Shown here: positions 12,483 to 25,089 of the stretch, piece by piece | Position numbering within the stretch: position 1 is the stretch's first letter | How the letters are laid out: each line of letters begins with the position of its first letter | Assembly (NCBI GenBank): GCA_964106915.2 | Contig: OZ066916.1 | Reading direction: 5' to 3' (one strand) | Source: Podarcis gaigeae | Lineage: Eukaryota | DNA: 64,000 nt | Translations under genes and position numbers: made by a program | The notes under the pieces: generated by a model | Databases searched by the model: none | Told to the model about the DNA's origin: nothing | The model's input: only the letters and a program-made list of their open reading frames with translations

Positions 12483-13469
12483 GGATTTCTTCTCTTCATC
12501 AGAAGATCACAGGGCAGTTTACAACAGACCTGGTCACTTCTCAGAAGCTGTAACACAGAACTTAACTTTCCTTTTATGCTCCCAGAGGATTATCGTCATA
12601 TTAACTGAACAAAAAATAAAAAATGTATAATACAATGGAATGCCATCAATCTACCAAACCATGTTTTCCAGGAAAATATATTTTGAAGTGTTTATTCAGC
12701 TATGACAGCCAGACATAGGCATGCCTGCTTTAGATTTATTAAACTCCAAACATTTCAATATGACGTTTTGCAGATGCTTATGCCCAGCCATCCAATTCAT
12801 AGAGATATTGCTGCCTCAAGTACCCCAGAACACAATTCCTCAGAAAATGAAAATTCAACAGTGAATGCAGTATGAGGGGGTTTGCCTTCAATAATTTGTT
12901 GGAGGGGGTCTAATTAAAGTGCTGTAGACAGATGCATTTTAATTTAGGATTTTCTGCTCATTAGAATTTAACACTCTTTCTTTGTCCTCTATTAAGTTTA
13001 ATTCTTGCTTGTAACAGTCAAGAGGATGCAGATGGAAATGAAACTGACCAGAAAGAAGAAAGGAATTAGGATAGGTTAAAGGAGTTTTCAAAATAGGTTT
13101 TAAATAGTGCTTGGGTGGTTTTTTTAATTACACCTGGGGAAAAGCATCTGAAAAACAATTAGGAGTAATTTCTAAATGCTTTCTAAAGCTCGTACAAAGT
13201 GTTGGGATTTTTGTGGTTGGTGGGGAGGTGAGCTTGTACACTGTGACCAATAAAGAACTGCCTGCAGATCATCCAACAGGTTCAATGTAATCACCAGGTC
13301 GCAAATGAACATGCATAACATTTATCTTTAATAAAGCAGTTTCCCTGTTCAAATGCAATGGAAAGGTGTGGTTTTCCATTACAGTGTGTGAGAGAAGAGG
13401 GTTAGCAGTCACAACGCTTGTTCTCTATCAAATGAACCATCGTTTATCAAACTGCTATAGTTAAGTTTG

Positions 13470-13794
13470 AAGTGGTGGAGAAAGGGGGTGTGGCTCACCC
13501 CAGGTGTCATCACTGAGGGGGGGTGACAAAATGAGTTGTTGTGTTTTTAAAAACTTTTTAGGAGTGACATGGTGGCTTAGTCGCCTGCAGGTTCCGCGTT
13601 GCCTGAAATGGCAGCTTGGGACTTGAATCTGCCTACTGCCTCTCCCTCAGCCGCCCTACAGTTAAGGGGGAGGCGGCAGAGAGACTCCACACGGCGGAGA
13701 CTCGCTCTACCCCCATGGGTGGATTGCCCCATCTTTGGCTGCAGGACACCCCGCCCCCCTGCACCAGGCACCGGAGCAGCTAGCTCCGCCGCTG
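13470..13794. mobile_element. hAT-like MITE
   Basis: TIR AAGTGGTGGAG..CTCCGCCGCTG; 8-bp TSD TAAGTTTG/TATGTTTG; GC-rich interior. Confidence 0.7.
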
Positions 13795-15229
13795 TATGTT
13801 TGAATTGCACCACAGAGTTAATTTTTAAAAGCAATCTTCTGGTACTCCTCTTTCAATGCTAAGTGCCAGACGGCGAGTTTATATAATTAAGCAGCAAATC
13901 TTAAACTGTGCCATTTTATACCATTGTAGATGAGGAGTTGCATGCTTGAATCCTTGTCGAGGGGAGGGGGAGCCACACCTCTACATGTTCAAATTGCATG
14001 CCATGGAAAAGAATTAGCTACCTCCCTACATGCAAGGACATCACATATAAATTCATGGATAACGGCTCATATTCTTAGTCACCACACTAAGCTACCTCTC
14101 ATGAAAAACAGGGCATGGGGATCAGAACATTGTTGGATTACCTGGACATTCAAGTCTGGAAAATGTGGAATGGGTGGTTATTGGAACCAGAGCTTGCGGC
14201 AGAAGAGAGAGAAAAATGAGTGGACACTGCCTGCAGGAAACTGGAGGGCATCCTGCTCTAGAGCAGAGAAATGAAACTATTCTGACAGCACAAATGGCCA
14301 GCAGATTAATGGCGATTCAAAACCTGAGTTTTAGAAAGAAAAACACTAAGTGCATAACACAGCTGCAGTTTTTACCTTTGCATTAAGCGATTCTTATTAG
14401 TTTAATGCTTCCACACCATATAATCTATTTGTTTCACAATGCAGGCTGTAACTAAACGTAACTTTACAAAAGGCACATCCAAGGTTCAAACTTCCATTCC
14501 AACCATTTTTAGCCTCTGTTGTGAATGCACAACATGCCATAACAGAAAAAGAGAAAGGCTCTTTGAAAGGCTCTTTCATCACCTTCCCTTGTTTCTTACT
14601 CCTCTATGTCCTATTAAAACCTCATTCTTCCCTCTTAGCAAGTTTCCTGCTTCGGAATTCCTTTTTTCAGACTCATTCCTAAACACCTGAAACTGAATTC
14701 AAATTAATGTGAAGTCTGACAGCTCATTAAATCAATGCATGAGTTTCACGTAACAGAAAACAAGGTGGCTCTGTGCAAACAAGTTTATCAGGAAATTTGC
14801 TGCCAAAGTATTTGCCTTTTTCTCCATCACCAAACCTGTTGGTTTTGAACTTGATGTGAACTTGACATGCCAAAGGGAGTGGTGGATATTTATAAATCCA
14901 ATTTAAGATGTAGCTAAGGCAGATGGGCTGTAGGAATAAATAACTGTGCCTTCCATATTTTGTGATAGTTTGGGTAAGTGATTCATGAAGCAGACATGGG
15001 CATAATCCTCATCTGAATTTCCTTATAGTTCACAACTGGAGATGGTGAACTAGGCAATGTAGCAATTCATCTGAATACTGTATACTTTCCTTCCAGATAC
15101 CAAGCATAAAGGAAACCTAGATGAAGTATAAAGACTTAGTATCCTCATTTAAAGCTAAAATTGGGAACAGAGGAATCCACCTTATGCCGAGTCAGAACAT
15201 TCATCCATCTATTTCAGTTCTGTTTACAC

Positions 15230-15356
15230 GAACTGGCAGTGACTCTCCAGGGTTTTGGATTAGCAGCCTCTCCCAGCCTGACTTGGGAGATGATGGGAAT
15301 TGAACTAGTGACCTACTGAATGCAAAGCAGGTATTCTACCACTGGGTTATGGCCCT
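15230..15356 (-). mobile_element. Old tRNA-derived SINE fragment
   Basis: Minus-strand head ggccataacccagtggtagaatacctgctttgca..gttcaattccc (A and B boxes); related to 22380-22575. Confidence 0.55.
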
Positions 15357-17307
15357 TCCCCACTGCCGATTTCTCAACCACCCTAAAAAGATTAGGTTGT
15401 AGATTGCCTCCCTGCCCCTCCTTCCTCTCTTCTCCAATACAAATTATTTCCCCTTTCTTTGTCAGCCACATCCCACATCCCACAGCTCAGTACCCAATAA
15501 CCAAGACTAGCCATAGTGAGTCCTAACCCGTTGCCATCTTACTCAATTATCTGAAGCAAATTTGAATGCTGTAACAGGGAGCTGTGCTAGTGTTAACCAT
15601 GGTCAGTGGGGATATAGATGTAATCTTAAACCTCAAGTAATACAAATTTTGTCTCACAATTATGTGGTTCTAAGGGAAAGATGAGGGAGATAGATGGTGG
15701 GACCATCTACAAATATAGCCTTTTCCAGATCTTTTAACCCTGGCTAAGAAAACTGCTGTATTATGTTTGTACTGGGTAAATTGAAACAAATTTTAAAAAA
15801 CCTCAACCAATTATACTGTGGTTTGTGTGCTCCCAGGCATTCTATTCCAAATCACTGCAATTGCTTTTATTCGGGGGGTGGAAGAGGAGTGCATTTACTT
15901 TTTTATATTAAGAGAAACCCTTTTCTCCCCCGCTTTCTTCTCACATTTACATATGCCCAACTTCAAATACAAGCAGTCTCACTGCCCTTAAAGGTTACCC
16001 CTGGGTCCTTCTTTATCTTTACCACAGAAATAAAATTAACGTAGCCCTGGGGTTGGAAGCAAACCATTATATACTTGTGCTTAACACACTTTTATACACA
16101 CATTTAGGATCTATCAATTTAGAAGCTCTTGTTCACCACCCACAGCTACTTCCTCTTAGCCTAGCAGAAAAATAGTTCTTCGCTGCTGCAGGCTAATTAC
16201 ACCATCTGTTTAGCCGCCATACAGCAACGCTACAGACATAGCACATTAACTCCTTTAACATTCCCAAACGGAGCTGCCTTGGGCTGCCCTCATACTGCTT
16301 CAGACTGCGAAAGACACAGTTGGGGCAGAAGGCAGTGGAACTCAAAAACTCCCTATTATTTGTATTCCTTGTTTCCTCCAATACAGCTGCAGTGCTGAGT
16401 CTCCACAGGGACTTCAACAGTCTGACAATTTCCCTCCACCTCACCTCAGTGCTGTAGTTGCCAGTTGTCAGGACTGGCAATAAAAACCATCAATCTCCCT
16501 TTCTCACACATACACACAGGCGAACCCATAGAAAAAGGGAGAAAAATCCACGCAAGGCAGCACAGCTTGTCAAAAGAAATAGGCTGTTCCCAGGCAGAGC
16601 ATGCAAAACAGAGAAATGATTCAAATACAGTCTGAAGTCTACATTCTAAAGATCTAATGCCCAACAGGCTAATGTTTGGAAATACGGCCTGTCAAACTTT
16701 TACACTCTCTTTATATGCACACATCCTTCATGCACCTTATATGGTGTTCCTGAAACTTTACAGAACAGGCCCTCTGTTTAGGAAACTTATTAGACCTTCT
16801 AGAACACCATATCCTAACAAAGCAGCTTCTCTGAGTTTACTTCCCAAGCTCTGATCATCCCTCTACCACTTTCCTCCCAAGCTGCCTGAACCCCATCAGC
16901 TGTGGCTCCTACACATATCTTACTCCTTTCCCTTTAGCAGGGGTGAACTTTGGTCTTTCAAATTTTAGTGGTAACCAGTGCAACGCCAAAATTCAACACG
17001 CATGTCCCTACCTCTCACCTTCTGTTCTGCTCAATAAACTCTGTAGGTTTGGGAGTCCTGCAGCCCCTAGGCTTGGTGCCCAGTGTAGTGGAACTGGTTG
17101 TGCTGCCCTAAATACGAATCTGCCCTTAGCAGCTACAGCCAACTACACGTATGGAATAAGATGCCACAGCAAAAACATGCATGGTGGAAACGTCAAACAG
17201 GGAACAGAAGATTGCCTAACTGCGGTCACCACTTTAAACACACACGAGCCATAATCATCTCATATAAATGTCAGCTTTCAAGCCTAATTTGTGGCAATCA
17301 GGTATGT

Positions 17308-17585
17308 CAGACCCTCCAAGTGTCTCTATTTTCCACGGATGTCCCCGATTTAGAGAAGCCAACCTGGTTTCTGATTTGATCCTGGACTGTCCCACATTAC
17401 CTTACGATGTCCCTATTCTTACTGGAGAAATGTTGGAGGGTATGGAGTTATCTGACCCCTGAGCCATCTGAAGGCAATCCTGTATGGGGAAAGGTTTTTT
17501 TTTTAATGTTTAATGTTTTATTATGCTTTTATATATGCTGGAAGCTGCCCAGAGTGGCTGGGGAAACCCAGTAAGATGTGTTAGG

Positions 17586-17624
<39 letters not shown>

Positions 17625-18589
17625 TTTTTATTTATACCCCGCCCTCCCCAGCCAAGGCCGGGCTCAGAGCGGCTTACAAGCAATAATAAAAACAAGATGA
17701 ATGATTACAACTTAAAAACAAAAATAAAATACAACATTAAAATAATGGAACATTAAAATATTAAAATGTAGCCTCAGCGCAGGAGAAGGAAAAGAAAGAA
17801 AGAGGAGAAAAGAAAAAAAAGAGAGAGAGAGGGAGGGAATCAAATTGGCTCCAAGCCAAAGGCCAGGCGGAACAACTCTGTCTTACAGGCCCTGCGGAAA
17901 GAAATCAGATCCTGCAGGGCCCTGGTCTCATGAGGCAGAGCGTTCCACCAGGCCGGAGCCAGAGTTGAAAAGGCACTGGCTCTGGTTGAAGCCAATCTAA
18001 CTTCTTTAGGTCCTGGGACCACTAGGGTGTTATTATTTATGGACCTTGAGGCTCTCCGTGGGGCATACCAGGAGAGGCGGTCCCGTAGGTACGAGGGTCC
18101 TAGACCGTGAAGGGCTTTAAAGGTCAAAAGCAGCACCTTAAATCTGACCCTGTACTCCACCGGGAGCCAGTGCAGCTTGAAAAGCACTGGGTGAATATGC
18201 TCCCATGGCAGAGACCCCGTGAGGAGCCTCGCTGCAGCATTCTGTAACCGCTGGAGTTTCTGGGACAGCTTCAAGGGCAGCCCCGCATAGAGCGAATTAC
18301 AGTAGTCAAGCCTGGAGATGACCGTCGCATGGATCACTGTGGCCATGTCGGGGCGGGAAAGGTAAGGGACCAACTGCTTGATGCGGCGAAGGTGGAAAAA
18401 TGTCGCCTTGGCTGTTGCTGTAACTTGCGCCTCCATGGAAAGGGAGGCATCAAGGATTACACCCAAACTCTTAACGGAAGGCAATGGCACTAATTGGGCC
18501 CCCAATTAGTAAAAATTAGTATAAATAGTAAAAATATCATTATGGAATGGGACATCCTAATTTTCATAAGAGAAATGTTGGAAGGTATG
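17308..18589 (+). mobile_element. Composite non-autonomous DNA transposon (CA.ACCCTCCAA TIR, 6-bp TSD), interrupted by an L2
   Basis: CAGACCCTCCAA..TTGGAAGGTATG ends; TSD GTATGT (17302-17307, 18590-18595); homologous to the inverted copy at 33388-34171. Confidence 0.75.
17590..18505 (-). mobile_element. L2-clade LINE, 5'-truncated, young
   Basis: Uninterrupted 221-codon RT C-terminal region (KSLGVILD, SRLDYCNSLY.GLP, QNAAARL, LHWLPV) at 17840-18505, followed by a 3'UTR, a stem-loop tail and (TTA)n. Confidence 0.92.
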
Positions 18590-18788
18590 GTATGTGTGAA
18601 TACAACCATTTTCCAGTTGTAGGGTTTACTCCAAAGCTTAATTGACTGAGTAGCAACCAATACATTTTATGGTTTGTCAAATATTTGAGCTGAATATACT
18701 CACCTTTTGAATGAGGGGCTAATCAAGGAAGCAGCAGCCTAAGAAAAATTTTAAAGGGATCTCTCTTTTTAAAATACTTTATAAAAAA

Positions 18789-19139
18789 AAAGGTAAAGGA
18801 CTCCTGACAGTTAAGTCCAGTCACGAATGACTCAAGCGTTGCGGCACTCATCTCACTTTACTGGTTAAGGGAGCTGACGTTTTTTCCGCAGACAGTTTTT
18901 CCAGGTCATGTGGCCAGCTTGACTAAGCTGCTTCTGGCGAAACCAGAGCAGTGCACGGAAACGCTGTTTACCTTCCCGCCGGTAAACGGTAAAATCTATT
19001 TGCACTTTGACGTGCTTTCGAACTGCTATGTTGGCAGGAGCAGGGACCGAGCAACTGGAGCTCACCCCATCGCAGGGTGACCTTCTGATTGGCAAGCCCT
19101 ACTCTCAGTGATTTTAGACCACAGTGCCACCTGCGTCCC
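18789..19139 (-). mobile_element. Sauria SINE
   Basis: Minus strand starts GGGACGCAGGTGGCACTGTGG and has the CTGGCCACATGACC body and an ACCTTT tail; homologous to 57541. Confidence 0.9.
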
Positions 19140-19190
19140 GTTAAAATACGTAAGTACTGTTTATTTGTCTTTGAAAGTTACAGATTTTTT

Positions 19191-19612
19191 TTTTAAGGGG
19201 GGGTGCGGACTTCCTTTTTAACACTCCCCCGATCGTACCAAATTCAAGGAGAAAGAAATTTTCAAATCCAAATTCCGTACTACTCACGGGTTATTTCTTT
19301 TTGAGTCCAAATGTTCAAGGAAAAAAGTCAGCACTCTTCGGCCATGGCTCGCGGCTTCACTCCACTGAAGTAGCGGTCTACTCACAGCACCACGCCACTC
19401 TCCGTACCCTCTCCAAAGCCTTTAAAAAGGCTCTTCGTGGGTCGGGGGGCGCTTAAGGTGCCCATCGAGTCACCAAGTCCGCAGGCTTCAGCGCCTGCGG
19501 TTTCTAAGGGTCCCCGCATCGCCGCCGCGGCAAGACCCGTCTTCAGTAGAGCCGATTCCCTCCGGAGCTCAGAGGCAATCCGCCATTACCCGATCGCGCT
19601 AACCCGGAAGTC
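19191..19612 (-). mobile_element. L1-like 5'UTR-only insertion (3'-truncated)
   Basis: 18-bp TSD GAAAGTTACAGATTTTTT (19173-19190, 19613-19630) and a TTTT/AA endonuclease site. CpG-rich start GACTTCCGGG..TAATGGCGG is typical of non-mammalian L1 5' ends; ends in a short A run. Confidence 0.7.
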
Positions 19613-22379
19613 GAAAGTTACAGATTTTTTAAAATAAATATTTCAGATAACCTTTTCATCACTTGCAAATGTAGCTAAGCTATGTGATCCTCTGCATTTT
19701 TATCAGTCAGCATTCTTATTAAAAATATAATCAAAGTATGGCTAACATTTCCCTTCTCTGCCTAGCTCACTGCATCCTTTCTATTCAATTTCATTTTCAA
19801 TAAAAGCAATTGTATCCAACAGGATAAAGATGAATCTAACAAGCGTTTTCAACCCTACCAAAATTATTAAGTAGATACCCAATAACCAAAGCAAAATAAT
19901 ATTCACTTCAACTTCTTGGAAAACTTTAGCTCATTATATAATTAGGCAATGAAGAATCTCTAGGCATCAAAAGAATGCAATGTTTAAAACAATCACTTTC
20001 ACAAAACAGACTAACAGAAAAGCCCTCTTAGCCTGACTTCATCTCTGAACTTTTGAAAAAGCTACACATAATCAGAGGATACACAAGCTCATTCCACTCT
20101 ATACTTCAAGACAAGGCTTACTAGCATCACAGAAGCATTGATAATAAAATTGAATAGGAAGGATGCAGTGAGCTGAGCAAAGAAGGAAAATTTTAGTCAT
20201 ACCTGATTATGTTATTCTCAGAAGAACACTCCAATAAAAACACAGTGGAACAAATACGTACATCTGCATTTCACTACTAAACATGTTATTTGAAATATTG
20301 ATTTATATATATTAAAAAACCTGTATGTTTCAAAGACAAAATAGCACTCATTTAAACATTTATATTTCAAAACTGAGAATTACCTTAACATTCCTTGGTA
20401 TTCATCTACAAATCAATTTAGATGTCATTTTAACAGTAGAGCTCTGTACCAAGGAAAAAAAGGATAAAAAAGTCCTTGAATACTGCAAGAAATAAAACCT
20501 ATTTTCATTAGCCAGCTTTTATTCATGTCTTCTAATTACAGCCTTTCTTTGTTCCAACATTTTCTACCACTAATGAAACCATAATTAAAAAAGATGGGGG
20601 GGGGGAGAAATCCACTAAAACAGGGACTTAGCTTGTGTAACTTATTCTGTCTGAATTTAACTACCATTGGAAAATTACTAAATGGATTAAGCCACAGCAC
20701 ATGTGGTCAGTGCTACCTAGCAAAAAGCCAGCTATTCATTAGTGCTGCACACAAGCACTGTGTGTGTACGTGTATACAGATATTATGGCTACATCTCAAA
20801 AATGTCTTTAGATATGGGTTGGCACAGCTTCAATATTACAGACTGCCAGCAATATTAGGGATTGCCAGCAATAAAAGCAGAGAGTGTATGCTACAGGGAA
20901 CACATTAAGTGAAAACAAGTCTCTGTACGCTTCTGTATTTTGGGGGTAGCAAAGCAAAGTAAAACTGAGTATTTGGTCCAGAGATAACACACCCATCCTC
21001 TTTGCTTTTTCAACTAATGGAAAAATACCAAGCTAGCCAACAACGTTGTATTATATAGATAAAGATCAAGAGCTGTATTGCAGCAACCTTTTTTTTTTTA
21101 ACCTTAATGTGGAAAAAACTTTAGCAAACGTCAACCAGTGGTGAAAATCCAGCAAAACTGGGCAAAACTCGTTTGTCACATGGTCTCTGTTGTCAACGCA
21201 GCTTGAATAAGCAATACGGTTGCAGCTTGACCAAGACACGAAAGAGAGCTGTGATTCTCAACAGCAACAGAGAATTGTACCTTCTTTTTGGAGGATATTT
21301 CTAAAGCTTAAGCTCAAGCCTTCTTAAAGTGAATGGCAGACGGTTGCATAGGTAGGTTCTGAACCCAAAGACAATTGGCTTTGCACATTGGAAATGAAAT
21401 AATAAAAAAGAAAACTTGTCTTCCTCCTTCGCAGGTTTTTAGAGTTCCAAATTAGCCAGTCCTTTTTGCAGAGTGGCACCAATACGTACATTGGCAAACC
21501 AACCTTCTCTCATTTATCTACAGTATTTCTAAACTGGACAGCTGTGTGTGTGCCATTTGCTCCCTCCCTCTTTTCATTTATTTGTGTCTCCATCCCCACC
21601 CCCTCAAATCCAGGTTAACAGAGCACATCAGCAATTGTACATATCGATGAGAACAGCACAAATAAATGTTATTTTGATGTGATGGAGAACATGGCCACGT
21701 TGGTTCTTTTTAAAAATTGTGTTTTATTTGTCTATAGACACAAACACTCTTGCACATCAGCAATCTAGCTAGAGAAAAAGGCACATAGGAATAGTACTAA
21801 TTGAAAAATGCAGCACACTTTACATGCCATAACTATGAAATTCATTTTAGAAATGTTGAAAATTAGGAAATTGGGGAGCACAAGACAAGCAGAGCAAACT
21901 ACATAGAAAAGCAAGAGGGAAACCCCCAACTGCACTTACCACTGTGGCTTCGTTTGCACAGTATGGCAAGCCAACCTATAGTTTACTGGGACCATGCAAA
22001 TGTGCCAACTTCTGGAGAGAAGTTCACAAAGCTTTGATTCTCCCTGGTCTGTTTTTATTTTTTTTAGCACAGCACATTATGGCATGTGTGTTTTTCAAAC
22101 CTCTGACCATGTTTAATGTCTCTCCTTTTTCTTCTAACATAGGACAAACCCTTGGCTACAGATAGTGGTAAAGGGCAAGGCACCCTAACCACAATCCCAG
22201 GTTCAGATTACAAACTAAGACAAACCTTGGTTTGGCTGGCCTGCCACACCATGTGATAATGCTGAGCTAAATGGAACAAGAAAGAGTCGTAATTTGGACT
22301 TTCCATGTTGTCCTATATGTTCTCATGTTCAAATAGGAACTGATATCTCTCAGTTCCCTCTCACTGGTCCTCTTTTGAA

Positions 22380-22575
22380 GATAGGAAGTTGCCTTATATG
22401 AAGTCAGTCTATATGAAGTCCATCTAGCTCAGTACTGTCTATGGTGATTGGCAGTGCTTTCCAGCATTTCAGAATGTGGACATTTTCAGTCCTACCTGGA
22501 AATGCTGGGAACTGAACCTTGGAACTTATGCATGGAAAACAGAGGCTCAATCACTGAGCTGTGTCCCTTGGCAGC
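22380..22575 (-). mobile_element. Old tRNA-derived SINE with CR1-like tail
   Basis: Minus-strand head gggacacagctcagtga..ggttcagttcccagcatttcc; tail tataaggcaacttcctat. Confidence 0.6.
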
Positions 22576-22654
22576 CCTCCAAAATCTTGTCATTTTGCAC
22601 CCAAGATTTCTGCAAATCTTCTGCAGTCTATAAATTAGTACCTGCAAGTTACTT

Positions 22655-23035
22655 TGTTGTTGTTTAGTCGTTTAGTCGTGTCCGACTCTTCATGACCCCA
22701 TGGACCAGAGAACGCCAGGCACCTCTGTCCTCCACTGCCTCCCGCAGTTTGGTCAAACTCATGCTGGTAACCTCAAAAACACTATCCAACCATCTCGTCC
22801 TCTGTCGCCCCCTTCTCCTTGTGCCCTCCATCTTTCCCAGCATCAGGGTCTTTTCCAGGGAGTCTTCTCTTCTCATGAGGTGGCCAAAGTACTGGAGCCT
22901 CAGCTTCACGATCTGTCCTTCCAGTGAGCACTCAGGGCTGATTTCCTTCAGAATGGAGAGGTTTGATCTTCTTGCAGTACATGGGACTCTCAAGAGTCTC
23001 CTCCAGCACCATAATTCAAAAGCATCAATTCTTCG
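22655..23035 (-). mobile_element. RTE-BovB LINE 3' end
   Basis: Encodes ..LKEISPECSLEG..LQYFGHLMRREDSLEKTLMLGK.EG.RRRGRQR.RWLD..; (CAA)n tail; 11-bp TSD GCAAGTTACTT (22644-22654, 23036-23046). Confidence 0.95.
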
Positions 23036-24617
23036 GCAAGTTACTTATAACCACACCAATCATGATTATTTGTCAATCAGTGAGTCCCATTGCTTTCACA
23101 GGAACTTGGGGCTGAACATGCAATTTGTGAGCAGACTAGCCACGAAGAGTCACTTGTGGCCCACCATTTTTCTTCCAGTGACGTGCATCTCCGTTTATCA
23201 GTGGGGAAAAAGATGAGCAAATTTTTTTAAAGACAGGTGTATTACATGTATCCATAGCAGAACAGAATTTCCAGACAGTCAAGCCAAACCACTAAAATGA
23301 CTTGCTTAAAATATGTGCCAAGATTTACCAGTAAGATTGCACAGGAATGAAGGGAATGTAGAACACCTATTCATTATTACGTAACCAACTTGGCAAAAAG
23401 GCTTAACTGCAACAGTTTCTCCACTGTAGTCTAATGCAAATAGAAAAATTGCTTGAGGGGTGAAAACTCTTAAGATTATTAACAGCGCATAAACCAGACA
23501 GGTTCAAATTAGTGGGTTTTGCAACAACAAAGGTCAAATGTGATTTTTTTAAAGGATTATCTCACAAAAATCTCCTCCTAAAGTAGGAACAAGAGTTTCT
23601 GTGAGAGCACTTTGTATAAGGCTGGTTCAAAAACCACATGTTTTGGTGTTTGATGATGGCAATTATCAAGAAGTGCTTAGGAGGCATGTCAGGCTACCAT
23701 TTTCTCTAATAATGAACTCAGTTGGTTGACTGCCTATCATTTTGGAAGTGAAACAAACTCAAGGGACACCCCAGTTTGTCAGAAATACATACATTTGTAA
23801 ATGAAAAGAAAGGTTCACTGCTCCTCCACCCAAATACACACAGACACACCTGCCAATGATGGGATCTTGCGAGTCTATCACTGAAATATGTCTGAGACAC
23901 TCAATATTTGTGTGCCAGTTGGCCGGTGGCGTAGGGACATATCCGGAATACTGCAATTGGCAGCAGTGTACAGGCAGAAACTGGCAAAATTTCAGGGAAA
24001 ATCCAGACATATATGGCAGACCATGGCAGCAGTGTCATTTTTGTACACTTTCTATAACAACAGCTCAAAAATGGCAAAAAAAGGAAATTGCATAAAGAAG
24101 CTTAACAGCTTTTCTGTCTGGATTTTCATGGTTTGAAATATGGCAATCCTACGGTGGGGGACAGAAAGGGGAAATTGGCGGGGAGGGTAGAAGAGAAGGT
24201 CAAGTAGGAGTAGCTTATCTAGTTAGGGTGAGAGGCAGCAATACCTCTCCCAACAGGGGTGTCACTGCCACTTACCAAAAAGGGATGGAGCGAATTGACA
24301 GTAAGGGCAGAGCACATTGGGACAGCCCATCCTACACTCGTGCCAGTATGCCTAAGCAGCCCTAGCCTCACCAAAGCCTCACCCCAACAGGTAGACAGCA
24401 GTGACACCCCTGACAGGAAACTATTGCTGCCATCACATCCCAATGGATGAACTGTTCCTGGAATTGACATACATAGTCCCTGACATATTGTAGGAAGTTT
24501 CCTAGAAGGGAGGGGATGCCATCCCAATCTGTAGAACAGCAACCTATCCCCTCACCGCTATGGGAGCTAACAAACAAAAGTTACTCAGGTGTGAGTTGGC
24601 AGCCCTCAAGCACTATA

Positions 24618-24843
24618 CAGTGGTACCTCGAGTTACATATACTTCAGGTTACATACTCTGCTAACCTAGAAATAGTGCTTCAGGTTAAGAACTTTGCTTC
24701 AGGGTGAGAACAGAAATCGTGCTCCGGCAGTGCGGCGGCAGCAGGAGGCCCCATTAGCTAAAGTGGTGCTTCAGGTTAAGAACAGTTTCAGGTTAAGTAC
24801 AGACCTCAGGAACGAATTAAGTACTTAACCCGAGGTACCACTG
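24618..24843. mobile_element. Tc1/mariner MITE, family A
   Basis: TA|CAGTGGTACCTCG..CGAGGTACCACTG|TA. Confidence 0.9.
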
Positions 24844-24845
24844 TA

Positions 24846-25089
24846 CAGTGGTACCTCTAGTTGTGGACACGATCCATTCTGGGGTACCGTTCGCACCCCA
24901 AAAAGTCTGCAACTAGAACGGCGCTTCTGTGCAAGCGCAGAGCGTGATAGAGCGCTTCTGCGCATGAGCGCAGCACACGTCTGAGCACGCACATGTGCGG
25001 TGAAACCTGGAAGTATACACTTCCGGGTTTGGCGTGTTCTCAAGCCGAAAAGACGCAACGTGAACCTAATGCAACACGAGGTATGACTG
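24846..25089. mobile_element. Tc1/mariner MITE, family B
   Basis: TA|CAGTGGTACCTC..GAGGTATGACTG|TA; shares the TA at 24844-24845 with the preceding MITE. Confidence 0.85.
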
